Shown here piece after piece: positions 58,394-64,000 of a DNA stretch of 64,000 bases. The DNA lies in contig JAQWOM010000056.1 of NCBI GenBank assembly GCA_029245865.1, positions 30,417 through 94,416 of the forward strand. Reading direction: 5' to 3'. Position 1 is the first letter of the stretch; each line of letters begins with the position of its first letter. Source of the stretch: Planctomycetota bacterium (GTDB lineage Bacteria > Planctomycetota > B15-G4). The notes under the pieces are model-generated. The model saw nothing but the letters and a program-made list of their open reading frames with translations. It was not told the DNA's origin and did no database searches. The position numbers and the translations under genes were made by a program.

Positions 58394-58938
58394 GATTATT
58401 CCTTTCGTCCCGTCGACTGGACAAAAAGAACAGTGCGCCAGTCGATCGGAGGCGGGAGATCGGAAGGGTAAGAAAGACGAGGCAAGAGAAGGAGTGACGA
58501 AACGAAGGCACCTGGCCTCCGCTCCACTTCTGGTTTGACGCACGAAACCGAATGTCGCCGCACACTTTCTTGTTAGTCCTGAAAGGCGTTGCCGAATCCG
58601 AAAAGCGCATCACATGTTTTCCTGATAGCCCATCAGGAGTTACGAATCTCTTGAAGTGATAAGCGTTTATCTACATAGATAGATTCTCGGGCAGCGCCGT
58701 GATCAGAAAACAGCTCAATTGCCCGAACAATGTTCGATGTTCCGACACCTCCAGCAGATGTTCAAAAGCGACTGGCCGTGACAATCCGTCACACTTGCAA
58801 CACACCTTGCGACGGTTGCGCAGCACTTTCGGAGGCAAACATCTCCCCCGACCAGTCCCTCCGAAGGGGCAAAAAAAATCTTGCTCGCCGAGGCCTTTGT
58901 GTCAGGACGGGCTCGCTGTCTAGAGTCGCCCCGCCAAT

Positions 58939-59406
58939 TCAGGAGGTCATACAGCAGCGCTTGTACTTCTTGCCGCTGCCGCATGGACAAGGGTCGTTAC
59001 GACCGAGCTTGGCTCCGGGGCGCGTGATGGTCTCACCTTTTCCACTCACCGCCCGCTCGTAGGCAGATCTTTGGGCATAGAGGGAGAGCCCCATGGCACG
59101 CCCTTCAGCAAGACGTCCCTCGTCCTCCAGTTGTGACAAGAAATCGCGGCACAATTCGGGAATAGCGGCATGAGCCTCCTCCGAGAGAGCTGTGCAGGCA
59201 ATGCTTTGAAGCAGGGCTTCTCGTAAATCTCCCTGGCTCAGATCTTCTGGCTCCACGTCAGCCTGGTCACACGCACGCACGAGCCAAGACATGAGGAGTG
59301 CCGAGCCCTGTTCAACCAGTTCCGAGGGAGCGCCGCGCAAACCGTCCCCTTCGCAGAAGTCGGAGACCCAGCCTTCAAGACGCTCGCGGGTGTAGGCATG
59401 GACCAT
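58939..59406 (-). CDS. SEC-C motif domain protein
   Basis: C-terminal [20 protein letters not shown] after a helical domain. Confidence 0.88.
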   Translation of the reverse strand: MVHAYTRERLEGWVSDFCEGDGLRGAPSELVEQGSALLMSWLVRACDQADVEPEDLSQGDLREALLQSIACTALSEEAHAAIPELCRDFLSQLEDEGRLAEGRAMGLSLYAQRSAYERAVSGKGETITRPGAKLGRNDPCPCGSGKKYKRCCMTS

Positions 59407-59506
59407 GATCGGGACTCCGCAACGGGGCCAGCAAGATTCAGGATGCCGCTCGGCTCGTAACGGGCGAGCCTTGCCAAAAGTCACGGGCAGAGCAAAAGCA
59501 CACTCT

Positions 59507-59830
59507 TCAACGCAGGGTCTGCCACAGAAGGATGCAGATCACGAGAAAAACAATCACGGCCACAACACGCTGTCTATGCAGCACTGCCTTGGCTGGCCGA
59601 TTGTCTTCGGCGAGGCCTTCTCGGCGCAAAAAATCTTGGTAGTCATCCTCTTCTTCATCTTCCTCACCGGAGCCCTCTCCGTACCCGACAGGCAGATCGC
59701 CACTCCAGGCGTCTGCCTCTTCGGACCAGCCGCTCTGTGCATCCGATCCGCAGCCCGGGCAAGACAAGGCGCCTAGCTGGACTGCATGGCCGCAGTGCGG
59801 GCAGGCAAAGGTACGCATGCGTCGTTTCAT
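59507..59830 (-). CDS. Small zinc-ribbon membrane protein
   Basis: CPHCG...CPGCG, an acidic linker and a C-terminal TM helix. Confidence 0.75.
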   Translation of the reverse strand: MKRRMRTFACPHCGHAVQLGALSCPGCGSDAQSGWSEEADAWSGDLPVGYGEGSGEEDEEEDDYQDFLRREGLAEDNRPAKAVLHRQRVVAVIVFLVICILLWQTLR

Positions 59831-60018
59831 CGTGTCTCGACCCTAGCGCTCCGGAGTGAGAAGACCAAACCTGCTGAGAAGAGCTTGCCCGGAAGGTGGG
59901 TCCCTGACTCGGGCGACGAGTCACACCATTCAGTCAGGGCCGTCGAACCGGGGGGCCGGAGCACATCACCTGAAGCAGAACGTGTGGATCGAACGGCCAT
60001 CAGGGGCACAATGTCCAC

Positions 60019-61989
60019 ATGACCAGAGCAAAATCACCGGAAACAGACTCCGAGGGCATGGAGAAGGATTCCGATCCACTCGATGAAGTCCTGCACAGGC
60101 TCGGCTACGACGCCTTCCGCCTTGGGCAGCGCGAGGCTGTCGAAACGCTTCTCGAAAAGAACCGACTGCTTCTGGTGGCCCCCACGGGAGGTGGCAAAAG
60201 CCTGACCTACCAGCTTCCGGCTTGCCTGCTGACCGGGACGACCGTGGTCATTTCACCTCTCATTGCCCTCATGGAAGATCAGGTCACGGCGCTCGAAGAT
60301 CGGGGCGTAGCCGCCACATTCCTGGCCTCAACTCTCGACAACGACGAACTCCGGCAACGCATGTCGGACCTCGCCGACGGGCACTTTCAGTTGGCCTATG
60401 TTGCTCCAGAGCGATTGGCACATCAGGGCTTCCGGTCACTCTTGTGGGACATCGACTGCCCACTCGTGGCGATCGACGAAGCCCACTGCATCAGCGAATG
60501 GGGCCACGACTTCCGCCCTGAATACATGCTGATTGGCGATGTCATCGATCAGCTCAGCCAGGCTCGGGTTCTGGCTTGCACGGCAACGGCCACGCCTATC
60601 GTGCGCGATGAAATCTTGGAGCGCCTGCATCTGCCTGCCAATACACCGCAGGTTGTTCATGGTTTTGCTCGCCCGAACCTGGCTCTTCGCGCCACCGAAG
60701 TGCGCGGCAAGGCAGACCGAGAGCGAGCCATCGATGCGGCGTTAGCAGAAACTCTCAAGGCACCTGGATCGGATGCGGGGTCCGCCATTCTGTATGCACC
60801 GACACGCCGCAGTTCTGAAGAAGAGGCCGGCCGCCTCGCATCAAACGGATGGCGGGCAGACTGCTACCACGCAGGACTCCAAGGACATATTCGCTCTTCC
60901 GTGCAGGAAGATTTTATTCAGGGCGACCTAGAGGTCGTGGTGGCCACCAACGCCTTTGGCATGGGCATCGACCGAGCGGATGTGCGACTCGTAGGCCATC
61001 TCGCGCCCCCGGGATCGGTTGAATCCTACTACCAAGAAGTTGGACGCGCAGGCCGTGACGGCTCTCCCGCTGTTGGCCTTCTGCTCTGCGGGCCCAGCGA
61101 CATGGCGCTCCGGCGGCGCTTCATCGAGTCCGATGCTGAAGCCACGGGCAATGACGACCTTGCACGACACAAATGGAACATGTTCCTCGAGCTCATGCGC
61201 TGGATCGAAGGCGGCAGTTGTCGCCATGACGCGATCTTGCGCTACTTCGGCGACGAGGCAGAAACACTGGCTGGCTGCGGTCGCTGTGACGTCTGCGTGG
61301 GCCTCGAATCCTCCGACCAGGACGCCGAAGAAATCTCGATCTATGTGCGCAAGGCGCTCAGTGGCGTCGCCCGTGTGCATGGCCGCTTCGGAACAGGTCT
61401 CGCCTCGAAGCTCCTGAAGGGAGTTGCAGACGATCGCCTGGAATGGAGCGGACTCTCTTCCACGAGCACTTTTGGAGTGTTGGCCGACAAGAGCATCGAT
61501 TGGATCACACGACTCTTACGCCGCTGTGTCACGGCAGGCTGGGTCGACTTCCGTGGTGGCGACCGCCCTCTACTCGTCCTGACCTCTGAAGGACATGACG
61601 TCATGCTTGGCAAACGCGAGGCACGCCTGCTTCTGCCGCGCGACGGCCCACTTCTGCGAACGAAGGGGCGTGGCGAGCGGCAGAGAGGGCGAGCGCCTTC
61701 ACGAAAACTGAGCGCGGGCGAAGAAGCGCTCAGCGACTCCGAGACGGAACTCTTCGAGGCACTTCGAGAGCATCGCCTGGGCATTGCTCGGGCAGACTCG
61801 ATTGCCCCCTATGTGGTGGCCAGCGATCGCACACTGCGCGACCTGGCGCGACGCCGCCCGACCGACCTCGACGAATTGCAGCAGGTCCACGGAATCGGCC
61901 CGAGCAAGGCAGAACGCTTTGGCAAAGGCCTACTCAACGTCGTGCATAAGGCTGGAGAATCAGAGACCGACACAGTCGTCGAAAGCTAA
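60019..61989 (+). CDS. recQ: ATP-dependent DNA helicase RecQ (RQC and HRDC domains)
   Basis: Motifs PTGGGKSL-x-YQLP, DEAHCISEWGHDFRP-x-Y, TATA, AFGMGID, YYQE-x-GRAGRDG and the Zn site CR...CGRCDVC, then HRDC. Confidence 0.95.
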   Translation: MTRAKSPETDSEGMEKDSDPLDEVLHRLGYDAFRLGQREAVETLLEKNRLLLVAPTGGGKSLTYQLPACLLTGTTVVISPLIALMEDQVTALEDRGVAATFLASTLDNDELRQRMSDLADGHFQLAYVAPERLAHQGFRSLLWDIDCPLVAIDEAHCISEWGHDFRPEYMLIGDVIDQLSQARVLACTATATPIVRDEILERLHLPANTPQVVHGFARPNLALRATEVRGKADRERAIDAALAETLKAPGSDAGSAILYAPTRRSSEEEAGRLASNGWRADCYHAGLQGHIRSSVQEDFIQGDLEVVVATNAFGMGIDRADVRLVGHLAPPGSVESYYQEVGRAGRDGSPAVGLLLCGPSDMALRRRFIESDAEATGNDDLARHKWNMFLELMRWIEGGSCRHDAILRYFGDEAETLAGCGRCDVCVGLESSDQDAEEISIYVRKALSGVARVHGRFGTGLASKLLKGVADDRLEWSGLSSTSTFGVLADKSIDWITRLLRRCVTAGWVDFRGGDRPLLVLTSEGHDVMLGKREARLLLPRDGPLLRTKGRGERQRGRAPSRKLSAGEEALSDSETELFEALREHRLGIARADSIAPYVVASDRTLRDLARRRPTDLDELQQVHGIGPSKAERFGKGLLNVVHKAGESETDTVVES

Positions 61990-62036
61990 AGGCACACACC
62001 CTCTTGGTGCAGCTTTGACTTGTTACCATCGCGCGC

Positions 62037-62357
62037 ATGGAGATACCTGAAGTTGACGTTGATGTTGCAGCTGAACGACTCGCCGAGGGCACGGCCCTCT
62101 TCATGGACGTTCGCGATCGAGGCAGCTACGAAGCCTCGCACATTCCTGGCGCCGTGCATGTCAGTGACGCGAACATTGAAGACTTCCTCGAAGAAACCGA
62201 CCACAACCAACCCGTGATTGTTTACTGCTATCACGGCAACAACAGCAGAGGCGGCACTGCGTTTCTATTGCAGAAAGGTTTTCAAACCGTGTGCAGCATG
62301 GCTGGCGGATTCGAGGCATGGCGAGGAAAGCACCCGGAGCAAAACGGGCCTGAGTGA
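62037..62357 (+). CDS. glpE: Thiosulfate sulfurtransferase (single-domain rhodanese)
   Basis: Motifs DVRD, HIPGA, active-site loop CYHGNNS and GGFEAW. Confidence 0.88.
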   Translation: MEIPEVDVDVAAERLAEGTALFMDVRDRGSYEASHIPGAVHVSDANIEDFLEETDHNQPVIVYCYHGNNSRGGTAFLLQKGFQTVCSMAGGFEAWRGKHPEQNGPE

Positions 62358-62568
62358 ACTGAGAGCCTCGTCACAGCATGAGATCGTGGGACTCCATGGT
62401 GTCGGCAGTTCCTGGTTTCCGAGGGCGTGGAACACGTAAGCCGCAACCCAGGCCAGCCAAGACGGCCTCTCTTCACGAACACAACCGAGCTTTGCAAGGC
62501 GTTGCTTCGTGCCGGCCAGTCGCAACAAGTACCGTGGAGACTGGCTTCTGCACTTTTTGGAGATCCCT

Positions 62569-63711
62569 GTGCGTGCTGCACCAAACCACCGCATCCTGCC
62601 GCTCTTTCTTGCCGCCTTGACCGTTGCGCTGACGGCCACGGCCCAGGAGCCACAGGATGAGCCCATCGTTTCGGACTCGATTTCGTTTGAGCTGTACAAC
62701 CCGCCCTCGACACTGGCTGTGCCGAGCACCGAGGTTCGACGCGCTCGCTATCCGTTCGTAGATGTCCACAACCACCAGTGGCAGATGCCAACAGACGACC
62801 TCTCTGAGACCGTGGCAGAGATGGACGCTCTCAACATGGCCGTGATGGTGAACCTGAGCGGTCGCTTGCAGGACGACGGTGCGCACCTCCGTGCCTGCAT
62901 CGAGAATGCCCGCCAGAATGCACCGGGTCGATTTCTGATCTTTACCAACCTCAGCTATGAGGACATCGACGAGCCTGGTTGGGGAGAAGCCATGGCGCAG
63001 CGCGTTGCTGATGACGTGGCTGCCGGAGCGACAGGCCTCAAGATCTACAAGAGTCTCGGACTCAGCGTTGTGGACAGTGCGGGAGCGCGCATCGCTGTAG
63101 ACAACCCACGTCTCGATCCGATCTGGGCGAAGTGCGGTGAACTGGACGTACCGGTCCTGATTCACAGCGGAGACCCGTCACCCTTCTGGGAGCCCTGGGA
63201 CAATCAGAATGAACGCTGGCTCGAGTTGAAACAGAAGCCGAGGCGCCGCCGTGATGCCGACTCGCCCCCCTCCTTCGAGCAGGTCATGGGCGAACAACTG
63301 CACGTTTTCAAAAAGCATCCACACACCACCTTCATCAGTGCCCACTTGGCCTGGAGAGGCCACGACCTGAGCACACTGGGAAAGATGCTGGATGACCACC
63401 CGAACATGTACACAGAGATCGGCGCAGTGATCGCCGAACTGGGGCGGCAACCTCGCTTCGCAAGGCAGTGGTTTATCGATCATCAGGACCGAGTCCTGTT
63501 CGGCAAAGACGTCTGGACTCCCGAAGAGTACTGGTGCTACTTCCGCGTGCTTGAAACAGCCGACGAATACTTCGATTACTACAGACGTCGCCACGCATTC
63601 TGGAAGATGTATGGCCTCGATCTACCGGATGAGGTCTTGCGAAAGCTTTATTACGGCAATGCGCTGAACATCTTCCCTCAACTTGATCGCTCGTTGTTCC
63701 CTGACAAATGA
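62569..63711 (+). CDS. Secreted amidohydrolase (Amidohydro_2 family)
   Basis: Motifs DVHNH, GLKIYK-x-LGL, PVLIH-x-x-DP, AH, ELGRQP and FGKD; signal-like N-terminus. Start uncertain. Confidence 0.85.
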   Translation: MRAAPNHRILPLFLAALTVALTATAQEPQDEPIVSDSISFELYNPPSTLAVPSTEVRRARYPFVDVHNHQWQMPTDDLSETVAEMDALNMAVMVNLSGRLQDDGAHLRACIENARQNAPGRFLIFTNLSYEDIDEPGWGEAMAQRVADDVAAGATGLKIYKSLGLSVVDSAGARIAVDNPRLDPIWAKCGELDVPVLIHSGDPSPFWEPWDNQNERWLELKQKPRRRRDADSPPSFEQVMGEQLHVFKKHPHTTFISAHLAWRGHDLSTLGKMLDDHPNMYTEIGAVIAELGRQPRFARQWFIDHQDRVLFGKDVWTPEEYWCYFRVLETADEYFDYYRRRHAFWKMYGLDLPDEVLRKLYYGNALNIFPQLDRSLFPDK

Positions 63712-64000
63712 CACTGACGAGCTTGCTGGAGCGACTCCTCATTCCGCCCGGCGGCTGCCTTCTGCTGGTGGCCGTGGGCTGGTTCCTGGCACGCAACCGC
63801 TCCAAGAAAGCGTCGGCCCTTCAGCGCGCAGGCCGCATCATGATGCTGCTCGGGTTTCTCACCGCATGGGGAGCCTCGTTACCCTGGGTGGGTGTGATGC
63901 TCATGCGCTCGCTGGAAACCGAAGCAGCCTGGGACCCGGCATCGAGTCACGAGGCACAAGCCATCGTGGTTCTGGGCGCTGGCGTGGAAGGGGAAACACC
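63708..64000 (+). CDS. YdcF/ElyC (DUF218) family protein (partial, runs off the window end)
   Basis: ATGA overlap with the previous stop; manual translation gives two TM segments, then L-x-x-SLE...AQAIVVLGAG. Confidence 0.8.
   Translation, partial: MTLTSLLERLLIPPGGCLLLVAVGWFLARNRSKKASALQRAGRIMMLLGFLTAWGASLPWVGVMLMRSLETEAAWDPASSHEAQAIVVLGAGVEGET

Noticed and set aside
1-64000. tRNA, rRNA, CRISPR arrays, IS elements, prophage or anti-phage defence genes
   Set aside because: None recognised on either strand by manual reading. A short or divergent RNA gene could still have been missed without covariance-model searches.

Overview
GC-rich, gene-dense bacterial chromosomal window with about 50 CDS. 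I saw no rRNA, tRNA, CRISPR array or mobile element. The gene content (lepA-lepB-lptB order, ECF sigma/Ser-Thr kinase pair, ThuA-DUF1080, FG-GAP/ASPIC protein, very large secreted proteins) suggests a Planctomycetota-like organism; this is inference only. Housekeeping genes include birA, rph, rdgB, lepA, lepB, lptB, etfBA, icd, msrA, an argD-like aminotransferase, recQ and glpE. There is also a Tat-exported PaoABC-like molybdoenzyme operon, an SSS transporter and a Zn/Mn-type uptake operon. The most notable observations are: (1) a probably leaderless His/CxxC-rich uORF ending in the RAPP ribosome-arrest motif, followed by a UUCG hairpin, in front of a porin-ZnuACB-like operon, which is a candidate metal-sensing attenuation system; (2) an NADP-IDH with a CxxC-x9-CxxC zinc-ribbon-like insert in the loop before the regulatory serine, followed by a ParA-CYTH fusion; (3) a ~120-aa C-terminal domain shared by two unrelated secreted proteins, a candidate sorting or anchoring signal; (4) a 2078-aa macroglobulin-like protein without a thioester motif; (5) LptB with a histone-H1-like tail; (6) a small 5-Cys ORF closing the pao-like operon, whose FAD subunit lacks one FeS cysteine; (7) a ~130-nt multi-hairpin intergenic element. 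All product calls come from motif recognition by eye; no database searches were run.
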